Assembly: GCA_049451635.1 (NCBI GenBank)
Contig: JBMTVT010000001.1
Location: 9,644-73,643 of the forward strand
Direction: 5' to 3'
DNA from: Tamlana sp.
Lineage (GTDB): Bacteria > Bacteroidota > Bacteroidia > Flavobacteriales > Flavobacteriaceae
Length of the DNA stretch: 64,000 bases
Part shown: in pieces, positions 50,383 to 60,960 of the stretch
Position numbering within the stretch: the first letter of the stretch is position 1
How the letters are laid out: each line of letters opens with the position of its first letter
Notes under the pieces: generated by a model
Databases searched by the model: none
What the model was told of the DNA's origin: nothing
The model's input: only the letters and a program-made list of their open reading frames with translations
Position numbers and translations under genes: made by a program

Positions 50383-51402
50383 ATGAAAAAGATATTTTCG
50401 CTACTATTTTATTTAGCAATAACAATTTCAAATGCGCAAAACAATGATCTTGATGCGCTTTTAGCTGCTGGTGTAGATGATGCACAGCGATTTGCAAATG
50501 ATTATTTAGCTCCAGGAACCAATGGTTTAATGCACAGCATGAATGCCGGTTGGTTTAATACGGCAAATGCAAAACCTCTGGGCGGTTTTGAAATATCCAT
50601 AATCGCTAATGCTTCTTCTGTAAAAGATGAGTATAAGACATTTTTAATGAACACAGATTTGTACAATAATGTGCAATTTGTTCAAGGTCCTAGCGCTCAA
50701 ATGGTAGCATCGGCTTTAGGGCATAACGAAACTGATATCTTATTTGAAGTTGAATATCAAGTTCCTAATTCAAGCGTTGTTTTAAGAGAGCAAATTACAT
50801 TGCCAACGGGAATTGCTGAAGCCAATATTAATGTGTTACCAACAGCATTTATCCAAGGTGCGTTGGGGTTAAGCAAAGGTATAGAGATTAAAGCGCGTTT
50901 CATTCCTAAAATTAACACAGAAGATGTTGATTTGAGTATGTATGGAGCAGGGTTGCAATTTGAAATGACTAAATGGTTGCCAGCAGACAAATTACTACCG
51001 GTGGCAGTTTCAGGTCTTGTAGCTTATACACATTTAGATGGTTCTTATGATATTACAAACTCTTCTGGGGTTGCTGGTGAAAATCAGCGTATTGAAAATG
51101 CTACAAATACGTGGTTATTTCAATTAATTGCATCCACAAAGCTACCAGTCATTAATTTTTATGGAGGTTTAGGATTTATAAAAGGAAAATCAGAATCAGA
51201 TCTTTTAGGGACCTATAGGAGCTCTAGTACAGCAATTATTCCTTTTAACGAAATTGATCCTTTTTCAGTATCAAGTGAGGTGTCTTCAGTAAGAGGAACG
51301 CTAGGATTTAAATTAAAATTAGGTTTTTTCAGACTTAACGGAGAATATCATTTATCAGAATTCAATGCCTTTTCAGTAGGGGTTAACTTTGGTTTTAGAT
51401 AA
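50383..51402 (+). CDS. Hypothetical secreted protein, probably an outer-membrane beta-barrel
   Basis: Signal peptide MKKIFSLLFYLAITISNAQ. Alternating beta-strand-like C-terminus …FSVGVNFGFR. Confidence 0.5.
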   Translation: MKKIFSLLFYLAITISNAQNNDLDALLAAGVDDAQRFANDYLAPGTNGLMHSMNAGWFNTANAKPLGGFEISIIANASSVKDEYKTFLMNTDLYNNVQFVQGPSAQMVASALGHNETDILFEVEYQVPNSSVVLREQITLPTGIAEANINVLPTAFIQGALGLSKGIEIKARFIPKINTEDVDLSMYGAGLQFEMTKWLPADKLLPVAVSGLVAYTHLDGSYDITNSSGVAGENQRIENATNTWLFQLIASTKLPVINFYGGLGFIKGKSESDLLGTYRSSSTAIIPFNEIDPFSVSSEVSSVRGTLGFKLKLGFFRLNGEYHLSEFNAFSVGVNFGFR

Positions 51403-51451
51403 TTAAAATATTTAAAAAATTGATTATTTAGTTTTAGTTAGTTTATGTTTT

Positions 51452-51486
51452 AAAAAGTGCAAGATAAAATCTTGCACTTTTTTTAT
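51452..51486 (+). terminator. Intrinsic terminator
   Basis: aaaagtgcaag / cttgcactttt followed by a T-run. Confidence 0.8.
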
Positions 51487-51587
51487 TTACAGGTTTTTAA
51501 TTTGTAATTTCGTAGCGCTTTAAATCATTAAGCTTTTATGTGTAAAACATCATATAATTATCAATAATAAATTAAATATAAACTAAA

Positions 51588-52514
51588 ATGAAAGTAACAG
51601 TAGTAGGAGCAGGAGCAGTTGGTGCAAGTTGTGCAGAATATATTGCTATTAAAAATTTCGCTTCAGAAGTTGTTTTGTTAGACATCAAAGAGGGATATGC
51701 TGAAGGAAAAGCCATGGATTTAATGCAATGTGCATCGCTTAATGGTTTCGATACTAAAATCACAGGAATTACAAACGATTACAGTAAAACGGCAAATAGC
51801 GATATTTGTGTTATTACTTCTGGTATTCCTCGTAAACCGGGAATGACTCGAGAAGAGTTAATAGGTATTAATGCAGGAATTGTAAAATCGGTAACGTCAA
51901 GCTTGGTTGAGCATTCTCCAAATACCATTTTAATAGTGGTTAGTAACCCAATGGATACCATGACGTATTTAGCCCATAAATCTACAGGGTTGCCAAAAAA
52001 TAGAATTATTGGTATGGGAGGTGCTCTTGATTCAGCTCGGTTTAAATACAGACTAGCAGAAGCTTTAGGAGCCCCAATAAGTGATGTAGATGGTATGGTA
52101 ATTGGTGGGCATAGCGATACGGGTATGGTGCCCTTAATTTCGCATGCTACAAGAAATAGCGTAAAAGTTTCTGAGTTTTTAAGTGATGAGCGTTTACAAG
52201 AAGTAGCTGAAGACACTAAAGTAGGTGGTGCTACACTTACCAAATTGTTAGGAACTTCAGCTTGGTATGCACCTGGTGCAGCGGTTAGTGGTTTGGTACA
52301 GGCGATTGCTTGTGACCAAAAGAAGCTGTTTCCATGTTCAACATTATTGGAAGGTGAATATGGTTTAAATGATATTTGTATAGGGGTACCGGTAATTTTG
52401 GGTAGAAATGGTATTGAAAAAATTGTTGATATTGAATTAAGTGATGCCGAAAAAGCACATATGCAAGCTAGTGCCGAAGGTGTTAGAAAAACTAATGCTT
52501 TGTTGGATGTATAG
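51588..52514 (+). CDS. mdh: Malate dehydrogenase (LDH-like family)
   Basis: 308 aa, MKVTVVGAGAVGASCA...GGHSDT... Confidence 0.93.
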   Translation: MKVTVVGAGAVGASCAEYIAIKNFASEVVLLDIKEGYAEGKAMDLMQCASLNGFDTKITGITNDYSKTANSDICVITSGIPRKPGMTREELIGINAGIVKSVTSSLVEHSPNTILIVVSNPMDTMTYLAHKSTGLPKNRIIGMGGALDSARFKYRLAEALGAPISDVDGMVIGGHSDTGMVPLISHATRNSVKVSEFLSDERLQEVAEDTKVGGATLTKLLGTSAWYAPGAAVSGLVQAIACDQKKLFPCSTLLEGEYGLNDICIGVPVILGRNGIEKIVDIELSDAEKAHMQASAEGVRKTNALLDV

Positions 52515-52545
52515 CTCCCAAAACTTGTAAAATAGATATTTATAT

Positions 52546-52576
52546 AAAGGCTGTAGAAATACAGTCTTTATTTTTT
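52546..52576 (+). terminator. Intrinsic terminator after mdh
   Basis: aaaggctgta / tacagtcttt followed by aTTTTTT. Confidence 0.75.
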
Positions 52577-52587
52577 ATATTTGGCGG

Positions 52588-53205
52588 ATGTTTAAAAAAG
52601 GGTACATAATTATTTTTTTATTGTTTCTTACGTTGCTGGGTATTTCAACTCAACAACAAACAGTTGTACCCAATCAACAAATTGTTTTACAGTTTACGAA
52701 TGATGGGGTTGCCTCAGAAACCATTCAAAATGCCCTAGCAGTTGTTAAAAAACAACTTCAAGATTTTGGAGTTAGTAATATCAAGGTAAAAGAAGGAGAA
52801 TACGGAACACTTAAAATTACCTATTATAGCAAAGAGGATGTTGCCATTATCAAGGGGATTTTTGCTAAAGATAGCCAACTTAAAATTGACTATACTTTAC
52901 ACAGGCCTAAAAGCTCTAGAGAATTACCAAACAAAAATGAATCCGTTGTATACAACGTAGATGTTTATGAAATTCAAAACACAAATGATGTAGATTGGGA
53001 TTTTAATGGAGTTAATGTTAAGGTTTATGAAACCAAAAGCAATCGTTTTTTAGACCCAAATACATTTTATTTTGCTAATAATTATTCAGTTGCTAATGAA
53101 GATAATAGTGCCAAAATTTCATATAAAATACATAAAAATATTGCCCTTGCAATAGATGAAATTCTCTATAAAATTCCTGAGGTTAGAGCAGGTCCTTCTT
53201 GCTAA
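52588..53205 (+). CDS. Hypothetical membrane-anchored/secreted protein
   Basis: 205 aa with an N-terminal hydrophobic segment. No recognisable family. Confidence 0.45.
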   Translation: MFKKGYIIIFLLFLTLLGISTQQQTVVPNQQIVLQFTNDGVASETIQNALAVVKKQLQDFGVSNIKVKEGEYGTLKITYYSKEDVAIIKGIFAKDSQLKIDYTLHRPKSSRELPNKNESVVYNVDVYEIQNTNDVDWDFNGVNVKVYETKSNRFLDPNTFYFANNYSVANEDNSAKISYKIHKNIALAIDEILYKIPEVRAGPSC

Positions 53206-53350
53206 AAGAAAATCTTTAAAAAGATTTCATTTCAACAGATTTCAATCAATAAAAAACAAAAATTTTAATTAAATACATAAATATTGTCAAATTATGCGGT
53301 AAATTCTATATTTACTCGTTTTTTAAAATTTGACCTTAAAAATAGATAAC

Positions 53351-56344
53351 ATGCAAAATAAAGGACTAGTAAAGTTATTTGCAATTTTGTTTGGTTTGGT
53401 AAGTATTTATCAGCTTTCATTTACCTTTAAAACCAATCAAATTGAAAAAGAAGCAGAAGAAATTGCAATCAATAAAATCCCCGAAACCGAGGATGACTAT
53501 CGTGCTAAACGTAGCCAAGAAGAAGCAGACTATTTACAGTCAATAGCAACCGATACGGTTTTTAATATTGGTTTAGCAAAATTCACCTATAACGAGGTGA
53601 AACAAAAGGCCATGAACCTTGGTTTGGATTTAAAAGGGGGTATTAATGTTATTCTTCAAGTAAGTGTAAAAGACATTTTAAAAGGATTGGCCAACAACAC
53701 CAAAGATCCTGTTTTTAATAAGGCTTTAGAGGATGCTTCTGAACTTCAGAAAAACAGTCAAAACACTTATTTAGAAGACTTTTTTGTAGCCTTTGACAAA
53801 ATTAAAGGCGATACCAAATTAGCTTCACCCGATATTTTTTACACTAAAGAATTAGATGGAGAGATTGATGGGAGCATGACAGATGATGAGGTAAAAAGTA
53901 TCATATCTACAAAAATTGATGAATCAATCGTTTCAGCTTTTGAAGTTTTGCGTAAGCGTATTGACGAGTTTGGTGTTACCTCTCCTAACATTCAGCGTTT
54001 AGGGACTTCTGGTCGTATTTTAGTTGAATTACCAGGTGTAAAGGATGTTGAAAGAGCTACGTCTTTATTGCAAAGTACGGCACAACTTGAGTTTTGGGAT
54101 GCCTATAAAGGTGAACAATTTTTTCCATTTTTATCTCAAGCTAATGAAACTTTAAAAGATATAGTAGATACAGAAACTAGTGATAAAGAAGTAGAGCCTC
54201 AAGATGAAGAGGACGCTACAGATGCTCAAATTGATGATTTATTAGGTGATGCGGCAACCGATTCTACGACAGTTGCAACCGTAAACCCAATTTTCGATTT
54301 AATAAGAGGTCAAGGTTATCCTGGTGGACCAGTAATAGCTAAGTTTGAAATTAAAGATAAACAAACTATTCTTGATTATCTTAATATGTCAGAGGTAAGA
54401 GCTTTACTTCCTGCGGAGCAACGTTACGCTAAATTTGTTTTTGGAAAACCAGAAAAAGATAGTGAGTTGTTAGATTTATATGCTCTGGTTGGAAATAGAG
54501 ATAACATTCCTCAATTAAGTGGCGCGGTAGTTACTGATGCTCGTAACCAATTTGGACCAACTGGTAAGCCAGAGGTATCTATGCAAATGAATGCCAAAGG
54601 CGCTAAGATTTGGGAGGAAATGACGGGTAAAGCTTTTACACAAGATAGCCAAATTGCCATAGTTTTAGATAATGTTGTGTATTCTGCCCCAGGAGTTACT
54701 ACAGGACCTATTGCTGGTGGTAACTCATCCATTTCAGGAAATTTTACCTTAAATGAAGCAATCGATTTAGCAAACGTATTACGTGCAGGTAAATTACCAG
54801 CATCAGCAGATATTATTCAAAGTGAAGTTGTAGGTCCATCATTAGGGCAAGAAGCAATTGATAGTGGTACAACATCATTCTTAATTGCATTAGCTTTAGT
54901 ATTACTATGGATGGTTTTCTATTACGGAAAAGCAGGTGGTTTTGCTGATATAGCAATGTTATTAAACATCTTATTAATCTTCGGAATTTTGTCAGGATTA
55001 GGAGCTGTGTTAACCTTACCAGGTATTGCGGGTATTGTATTGACAATTGGTATGTCGGTTGATGCCAACGTGCTTATTTTTGAACGTATTCGGGAAGAAA
55101 TAGCCAAAGGCAAAGGACAAAAAGAAGCGATACAAGACGGATTTAACAATGCTTTGTCATCTATTTTAGATGCTAATATCACTACAGGTTTAACTGCTTT
55201 AATTCTGTTTATTTTTGGTACAGGTCCAATTAAAGGTTTTGCAACAACGCTTTTAATAGGTATTGGTACATCTTTATTTACAGCTATTTTCATTACCAGA
55301 TTATTAATTGATTGGTATGTGAATAGAGGTGGGAAATTAGATTTTTCAACAGCTATAACTAAAAACCTGTTTAGAAATATCAATATTGAATTCCTTAAAA
55401 AACGTAAAGTTGCCTATATCATTTCAGGAGCTTTTATTTTAGTGAGTTTAGGATCCTTATTTACAAATGGACTTGATCAAGGTGTAGATTTTGTTGGAGG
55501 TAGAACTTACCAAGTACGTTTTGCGCAAGACATTAGTGCTGCCGAAATTTCGGGCGTATTATCACAACCAGATGTGTTTGGAAGTGCTGATGCTAAAACT
55601 TTTGGTGATGCCAACCAATTAAAAATTACTACAAAATATAAAGTAAATGAAAGTGGCGCTGAAGTAGATGAAAGCATTAGAAAAACACTTTATACAGCTT
55701 TACAACCTCACTTAGAAGGCGTATCTTATGAAGATTTTATCAATGAATCTGAAGCTAAAGATGTTGGTTTAATGAAGTATTACAAAGTAAGTCCAACAAT
55801 TGCCGATGATATTAAACAAGCATCATTCTGGGCTATTTTAGGGTCTTTAATAGTGGTGTTCTTGTATATTTTAATTCGTTTTAAAAGATGGCAATTCTCA
55901 CTTGGTGCAGTTGCAGCTGTTTTTCATGATGTGTTAATTGTATTGGGTGTATTCTCGTTAACCTATAAGTTTATGCCTTTTAGCATGGAAATAGACCAAG
56001 CATTCATTGCAGCCATATTAACCGTAATAGGGTATTCATTAAATGATACTGTTGTTGTGTTTGATAGAATACGTGAGTTTTTTAACGAACATACTAGTTG
56101 GGATTTTAACAAATTAGTAAACGTATCATTAAGTAGTACCTTAAGTAGAACTTTAAATACCTCATTAACCACATTAGTAGTATTGTTGGCAATTTTCATC
56201 TTTGGTGGTGATTCCATTAGAGGTTTCATGTTTGCCTTGATAGTAGGTGTTGTAGTGGGAACCTATTCGTCGTTATTTATAGCAACGCCAATAATGTACG
56301 ATACGGTTCAAAAATTAGAAGATAAAAAGAAGAAGAAAGACTAA
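53351..56344 (+). CDS. secDF: Protein translocase subunit SecDF (fused)
   Basis: Start moved to the ATG at 53351 (MQNKGLVKLFAILFG...). About 997 aa with two 6-TM blocks typical of the Bacteroidota SecD-SecF fusion. Confidence 0.93.
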   Translation: MQNKGLVKLFAILFGLVSIYQLSFTFKTNQIEKEAEEIAINKIPETEDDYRAKRSQEEADYLQSIATDTVFNIGLAKFTYNEVKQKAMNLGLDLKGGINVILQVSVKDILKGLANNTKDPVFNKALEDASELQKNSQNTYLEDFFVAFDKIKGDTKLASPDIFYTKELDGEIDGSMTDDEVKSIISTKIDESIVSAFEVLRKRIDEFGVTSPNIQRLGTSGRILVELPGVKDVERATSLLQSTAQLEFWDAYKGEQFFPFLSQANETLKDIVDTETSDKEVEPQDEEDATDAQIDDLLGDAATDSTTVATVNPIFDLIRGQGYPGGPVIAKFEIKDKQTILDYLNMSEVRALLPAEQRYAKFVFGKPEKDSELLDLYALVGNRDNIPQLSGAVVTDARNQFGPTGKPEVSMQMNAKGAKIWEEMTGKAFTQDSQIAIVLDNVVYSAPGVTTGPIAGGNSSISGNFTLNEAIDLANVLRAGKLPASADIIQSEVVGPSLGQEAIDSGTTSFLIALALVLLWMVFYYGKAGGFADIAMLLNILLIFGILSGLGAVLTLPGIAGIVLTIGMSVDANVLIFERIREEIAKGKGQKEAIQDGFNNALSSILDANITTGLTALILFIFGTGPIKGFATTLLIGIGTSLFTAIFITRLLIDWYVNRGGKLDFSTAITKNLFRNINIEFLKKRKVAYIISGAFILVSLGSLFTNGLDQGVDFVGGRTYQVRFAQDISAAEISGVLSQPDVFGSADAKTFGDANQLKITTKYKVNESGAEVDESIRKTLYTALQPHLEGVSYEDFINESEAKDVGLMKYYKVSPTIADDIKQASFWAILGSLIVVFLYILIRFKRWQFSLGAVAAVFHDVLIVLGVFSLTYKFMPFSMEIDQAFIAAILTVIGYSLNDTVVVFDRIREFFNEHTSWDFNKLVNVSLSSTLSRTLNTSLTTLVVLLAIFIFGGDSIRGFMFALIVGVVVGTYSSLFIATPIMYDTVQKLEDKKKKKD

Positions 56345-56362
56345 CTCAAATTTTTTCTTTGT

Positions 56363-56395
56363 AAGAGCCTATCATTTTTTTGATAGGCTCTTTTT
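56363..56395 (+). terminator. Intrinsic terminator after secDF
   Basis: aagagcctatca / tgataggctctt followed by a T-run. Confidence 0.8.
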
Positions 56396-56402
56396 AAATA
56401 TC

Positions 56403-56731
56403 CTAAACAAAAAAGATAGTGTTTTTATTTAAATCATAAAGACCAAATTCATTGGTGCCCCAATCAGTTTTTAAACGAAGTTTGTCTGTATTAACTGTAT
56501 CTCTTTCAATAAATTCATCAAAAAGAGGTTCTATATCTTCTACAAAAATTTTAATAACAGAGCCACCAAGAAGTGGGTCGTCATCCGTATCGGCATGCCA
56601 TTATAGGTGTATATATGTTTTGTTTCGTTTTAAAATATATCTTTATTTACTAATTGAAAACCAACGTATTTTTCATACCAAATAATATCTCTGTCAATGT
56701 CTTGTGAAGGTAAAACGGGCACAATTAGCAT
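56403..56731 (-). pseudogene. Glyoxalase/bleomycin-resistance-like (VOC) pseudogene
   Basis: N-terminal 33 codons MLIVPVLPSQDIDRDIIWYEKYVGFQLVNKDIF*. The reading then continues in another frame: …ILKRNKTYIHL*WHADTDDDPLLGGSVIKIFVEDIEPLFDEF…GLYDLNKNTIFFV*. That is one frameshift plus one in-frame TAA. Confidence 0.55.
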
Positions 56732-56737
56732 GAGTAT

Positions 56738-57214
56738 TTATTTTTTGTAACTGATACTATCACCAACTGTAAGTTGCCATGTGTTTACCAAACCAGCATT
56801 GATTTCTAGTACATATTTAGCTGGCGCGTTAGAAGGCAGCGAAGATTCATCAAAAGGTTTTGCATTTTTTTGAAAACTTACAATCTTGTTGTTTCCATCA
56901 ATAAAAATTAAATCTAATGGAATTTTTGTGTTTTTCATATAAAATGAACGTGGTGCAACATCATCAAAAACAAATAACATGCCTTGGTTAGTTTTCATAC
57001 TGCTGCGGTACATTAAACCAGTTTGGGTTTCATATTCGGTATCGGCAATTTCAATATCTAAAGTAACTTGGGTAGAATCTTTTTTAAAAATAGTTAGTTC
57101 ACCCTCTTTTTTAAAGGCCACTTCGGTTTGCTTGATGACTTTTTTATCGTCTTTACAAGCTGAAAAAGTGAAAGAAAATAGTATTAAAGCTAATATGTAA
57201 CGGTTTATTAGCAT
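56738..57214 (-). CDS. DUF192 domain lipoprotein
   Basis: 158 aa, lipobox FSAC, …GLMYRSSMKTNQGMLFVF…IPLDLIFID…. Confidence 0.8.
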   Translation of the reverse strand: MLINRYILALILFSFTFSACKDDKKVIKQTEVAFKKEGELTIFKKDSTQVTLDIEIADTEYETQTGLMYRSSMKTNQGMLFVFDDVAPRSFYMKNTKIPLDLIFIDGNNKIVSFQKNAKPFDESSLPSNAPAKYVLEINAGLVNTWQLTVGDSISYKK

Positions 57215-57215
57215 G

Positions 57216-58139
57216 TTATTTTACTTCAGATTTTGGTTTGTATACAAACATAAAATATAGGCCAATAAGAATAAAAGGAATACTTAACCATTGCCCAGTG
57301 TTAAGCCCAAACCAATTGATATATTCATCGCCTTGAGGCTCTTTTACAAACTCTACAAAGAAACGGATAGTCCAAAGGAGTATTAAAAATAAACCAAATA
57401 AAAACCCAGGCTGGTCTCTTTTTTTTGTTTTTAAATAGAAATACCCTAAAATTAAAAATACAAAAATATAGCAAAACGATTCGTATAATTGCGCAGGGTG
57501 CCTGTATGGAACTTGCTCTAATAACTCTGGATTGTTAGCTATAGCATCATAAGCTTTTTGAATATTTTTAATACCAGTTATTCTAACGGCTTCATATTTA
57601 TTGTAAAAATCTTGAATGAAACGAACTCCAAGAGGAAAATCACCAGACACTTTTCCAATGATTTCAGAGTTAATAAAGTTGCCTATTCTAATAAAAACAG
57701 CTCCTGAGGCCACCGAGATAACCACACGGTCTAAAATCCAAAGCATTGATTTGTATTTGTATTTTCTTCTGTATAAATACATACCTATAATAATGCCAAT
57801 AGCAGCGCCGTGGCTAGCTAATCCTTGAAAACCTGTAAATTCAATACCATTTTTAAAGCTAAAAGGTAAAAAGATGCTAAAAAAATCTTCTGATATTAAT
57901 TCACGTTGATAAAACAACACATGTCCTAATCGAGCACCAAGCATAGTGGCTAAAACGGTGTAAATGAAAAGAGGGTCTAAATATTCCAAAGACACCTTTT
58001 CTTTAATGAAAATACGCTTTATAATATACCAACCTAAAATGAAGGCAATAACCCACATGAGGCTGTAAAAATGGAGTTTGAAATTTCCAACAATATCAAT
58101 GCCGGTTATGGGGTTCCAATCAAGTTTTAATAGTTGCAT
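57216..58139 (-). CDS. lgt: Prolipoprotein diacylglyceryl transferase
   Basis: 307 aa polytopic protein, …GARLGHVLFY…GNFINSEIIG…. Confidence 0.85.
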   Translation of the reverse strand: MQLLKLDWNPITGIDIVGNFKLHFYSLMWVIAFILGWYIIKRIFIKEKVSLEYLDPLFIYTVLATMLGARLGHVLFYQRELISEDFFSIFLPFSFKNGIEFTGFQGLASHGAAIGIIIGMYLYRRKYKYKSMLWILDRVVISVASGAVFIRIGNFINSEIIGKVSGDFPLGVRFIQDFYNKYEAVRITGIKNIQKAYDAIANNPELLEQVPYRHPAQLYESFCYIFVFLILGYFYLKTKKRDQPGFLFGLFLILLWTIRFFVEFVKEPQGDEYINWFGLNTGQWLSIPFILIGLYFMFVYKPKSEVK

Positions 58140-58194
58140 AAGCGTTATTTTACATCGTAAATATAAACGTTAAAGCTGTATTTATTGTTAAAAT

Positions 58195-59322
58195 TTAATT
58201 AAGAAGTTCAATAATTTCAACTTCAAAGACAAGGTTGGTTTTTCCAGGAATACCTCTTATACCATACTCGCCATAAGCCAAATGATAAGGGATGAAAACG
58301 GTTGCTTTATCACCAACACTAAGTTGTTTAATACCTTCTTTAAGACCAGCAACTACAGGAGCATCAGGGGTTATTTCAACGTTTATGGGTTGGTACCTGT
58401 CTGCTTTCTTACGTTTTTCATTAACAGCATCAAGAGCTTCGGCAATTTCTAATTTGCTGGTTTCCAGTAATTTTCCATCTTCAAAATATACTGCATAATG
58501 GGTTAGTGCTTTATCACCTTGTTTTAACTTTTCACCTGTGCCCTTTTCTGTAATGAAATATTTTAAACCAGATTCTAAAACAGTGGCTTTTGCTTCTTGT
58601 GTGTCAAATTTCTCTCTTGAAGACTTTGTAATAGCTTCAGCTTTTTCGGCATTTTCTTTGACCAAACGCTCAACTTCAGCAAAATGATTTTTAAAAACAG
58701 TGGGCGCATCAAATTGTTTTGCCACCTTTCCTTTTCTTATGATGTTGAGTTCTTTTAAAACCACATCTTTAAGTGGTTTATATTTTTTATCAACAGGCAC
58801 ATTTGAAATTGAATCTTGAATGTTCAGTCCAATAATCAATTCCCCAAAAACAGTATGGACATTATCTAAACTTGGATTAGCAACTTCAGTAATAAAAAAC
58901 TGGCTTCCATTGGAATTTAAGCCTGGGTTTGCCATGGATAATATACCAGGTTTATCATGTTTTAAATCTGGATGAAATTCATCATTAAATTTATATCCAG
59001 GGTTTCCAAATCCTGTTCCTGTTGGGTCGCCACCTTGGATTATAAAACCATCCATCACACGATGAAAAATAGTGCCATCGTAATATTTTTTATCCTTGTA
59101 TTTGTTATCAACCATGGTGTTGTTACCTTCGGCAAGCGATACAAAATTTGCAACGGTAATCGGGGTTTTTTCAATTTCTAGTTTTGCAACCATAGTGCCT
59201 TTGTTGGTAATAAATTCAGCATAAATACCATCTTCCAAATCTGGGTATTGTGTCTTACAAGATGTTAAGCTTATTACCAATATTAGCGATAAAATCTTAA
59301 AAAATTTTGTAAGTAGGGGCAT
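58195..59322 (-). CDS. Dual-family peptidyl-prolyl isomerase lipoprotein: cyclophilin domain plus FKBP domain
   Basis: Lipobox LTSC. Cyclophilin motifs [33 protein letters not shown]-terminal FKBP …[27 protein letters not shown]…[10 protein letters not shown]. Confidence 0.85.
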   Translation of the reverse strand: MPLLTKFFKILSLILVISLTSCKTQYPDLEDGIYAEFITNKGTMVAKLEIEKTPITVANFVSLAEGNNTMVDNKYKDKKYYDGTIFHRVMDGFIIQGGDPTGTGFGNPGYKFNDEFHPDLKHDKPGILSMANPGLNSNGSQFFITEVANPSLDNVHTVFGELIIGLNIQDSISNVPVDKKYKPLKDVVLKELNIIRKGKVAKQFDAPTVFKNHFAEVERLVKENAEKAEAITKSSREKFDTQEAKATVLESGLKYFITEKGTGEKLKQGDKALTHYAVYFEDGKLLETSKLEIAEALDAVNEKRKKADRYQPINVEITPDAPVVAGLKEGIKQLSVGDKATVFIPYHLAYGEYGIRGIPGKTNLVFEVEIIELLN

Positions 59323-59323
59323 T

Positions 59324-59866
59324 TTAATTGGTTTGGTTTGGAGTAATTGAGTTTATGGTGACCTCACAAATTAAAGGGGTATTGCTAGATATTTTATTTT
59401 CGTCGCCATAATAACCATAAGCTTTTTGCGAGGGGAATAAAAAGGTTACGGTCTCGCCAACTTTCATTAGTTTTAAGCCTTCCCTTAAGCCTGTAAATAG
59501 CTCTTCTTTATCCATGGCATAAGTTTGTGTCTTAATGTCTTCAGCAGAATATATTAAGTCGCCATTTAGTGCTTTAACATTGTAATTGTAGTTTATTATA
59601 TCTCCAAAAACTGGGGTTTTAAGTGAATCAATATCAATTTTATTGTTGTAGTAATACCAAAAACCGCTTTCAGAAGTGATATATGCCTTGTTTTTTTTCT
59701 TTAAAAGGGTTTCAATGGAAGCTTGTTCTTTGGCGTTAAGTTTCTTATTACGTTCAACAGAAGCATCAATAAAAGAACCTGTTTTAACCGAAACAGGGCG
59801 TCTTGCTTCTGGTGTTTTACAGTTAAAAACTAGTAAAACTATTAGTATTGTTAAAAATTTATTCAT
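59324..59866 (-). CDS. gldI: FKBP-type PPIase lipoprotein, GldI-like (gliding-motility associated)
   Basis: 180 aa, lipobox VFNC, FKBP C-terminal motif …[26 protein letters not shown]…. Confidence 0.55.
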   Translation of the reverse strand: MNKFLTILIVLLVFNCKTPEARRPVSVKTGSFIDASVERNKKLNAKEQASIETLLKKKNKAYITSESGFWYYYNNKIDIDSLKTPVFGDIINYNYNVKALNGDLIYSAEDIKTQTYAMDKEELFTGLREGLKLMKVGETVTFLFPSQKAYGYYGDENKISSNTPLICEVTINSITPNQTN

Positions 59867-60878
59867 TGTTTAGGGCTTTATTATAACTAGGTAATATACT
59901 GATAAATTTTTCAACGGTATCATTTAAAGATAATAGACTTTTGCCACCAGCAGCATTTATGTGGCCTCCGCCATCAAAATATAAGCGTGACATTTCGTTT
60001 ACCGAGAAGTTTCCTTTTGAGCGCAAAGATATTTTAATAATGCCTTCTTGCTTATCTTCAATAAAAATGGCAGCGATTACAATATTGTCTATAGATAAGG
60101 CATAATTAACAAACCCCTCTGTATCTCCTTTTTTGTAATTGAATTTATTTAATTCTTCTTGAGAAAGCGTTATATAAGCTGCTCTGAACTCTGGAAATGT
60201 TTTTAAATTACTTAACGCACAGCCTAAAAGTTGCATGCGTTCATAGCTATTGGTGTCGTATACTTGATTATGGATTTCAGCATTATTAGCGCCTTTTTCA
60301 ATAAGATGTGTTATAATATTATGGGTTACACTGCTTGTTGAGGAAAATCTGAAGGAGCCAGTATCTGTCATAATTCCCAGATACAAACACGTTGAAATAT
60401 CAGAATCTATTTGATTGCTATCACCCATCATATCAATAAAGTGGAACACCATTTCACTGGTTGAGCTCATGCTCACATCGCTAAAAGTGTAAATAGCATA
60501 ATCATCAGGTGCTTGATGATGGTCTATCATAATTTTTAAGGCGTTGCTTTCTGTCAAAACAGTTTCCATATTCCCTGTTCTGTGAAATGCATTAAAGTCT
60601 AAAGTGAAAATAATATCGGCCTCATTAATTATGGTATTACAATTTTCAGTTTGGGAATCGTAAATTAAAACAGAATCGTTTCCTGGTACCCATTTTAAGA
60701 ATTTAGGGTAATCGTTAGGTACAATAACTTGGGCTTTATGATTATTTTTTAAGAGATAATGGCAGAGCCCTAATGATGACCCAATAGCATCACCATCAGG
60801 ATTTTTATGAGTTACAATTACGATTTTCTTTGGTTCAGAAAATAATCGTTTTATACCTTTAATGTCTTTTTCATTCAT
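59859..60878 (-). CDS. nrnA: DHH-family bifunctional oligoribonuclease / pAp phosphatase NrnA
   Basis: 339 aa, …THKNPDGDAIGS…, DHH, GGGHINAAGG. Confidence 0.85.
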   Translation of the reverse strand: MNEKDIKGIKRLFSEPKKIVIVTHKNPDGDAIGSSLGLCHYLLKNNHKAQVIVPNDYPKFLKWVPGNDSVLIYDSQTENCNTIINEADIIFTLDFNAFHRTGNMETVLTESNALKIMIDHHQAPDDYAIYTFSDVSMSSTSEMVFHFIDMMGDSNQIDSDISTCLYLGIMTDTGSFRFSSTSSVTHNIITHLIEKGANNAEIHNQVYDTNSYERMQLLGCALSNLKTFPEFRAAYITLSQEELNKFNYKKGDTEGFVNYALSIDNIVIAAIFIEDKQEGIIKISLRSKGNFSVNEMSRLYFDGGGHINAAGGKSLLSLNDTVEKFISILPSYNKALNNE

Positions 60879-60960
60879 AGGAGACGAATATACAATTTAA
60901 TAACATATGCTTAAAATAGTTTGTTTTACTTTTATAGTTGATAACCTTTAAACCCTCAAT

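Noticed and set aside
52588-53205. Hypothetical protein upstream of secDF as a SecD-P1-like accessory subunit
   Set aside because: There is only a vague resemblance (…IVLQFTNDG…VKKQLQDFGVSNIKVKEGEYGTLKITY…) to ferredoxin-like SecD segments. This is not supportable without profile or structure comparison.
56452-56685. 77-aa plus-strand ORF
   Set aside because: It is antisense to the VOC-family pseudogene, whose reading is much more protein-like.
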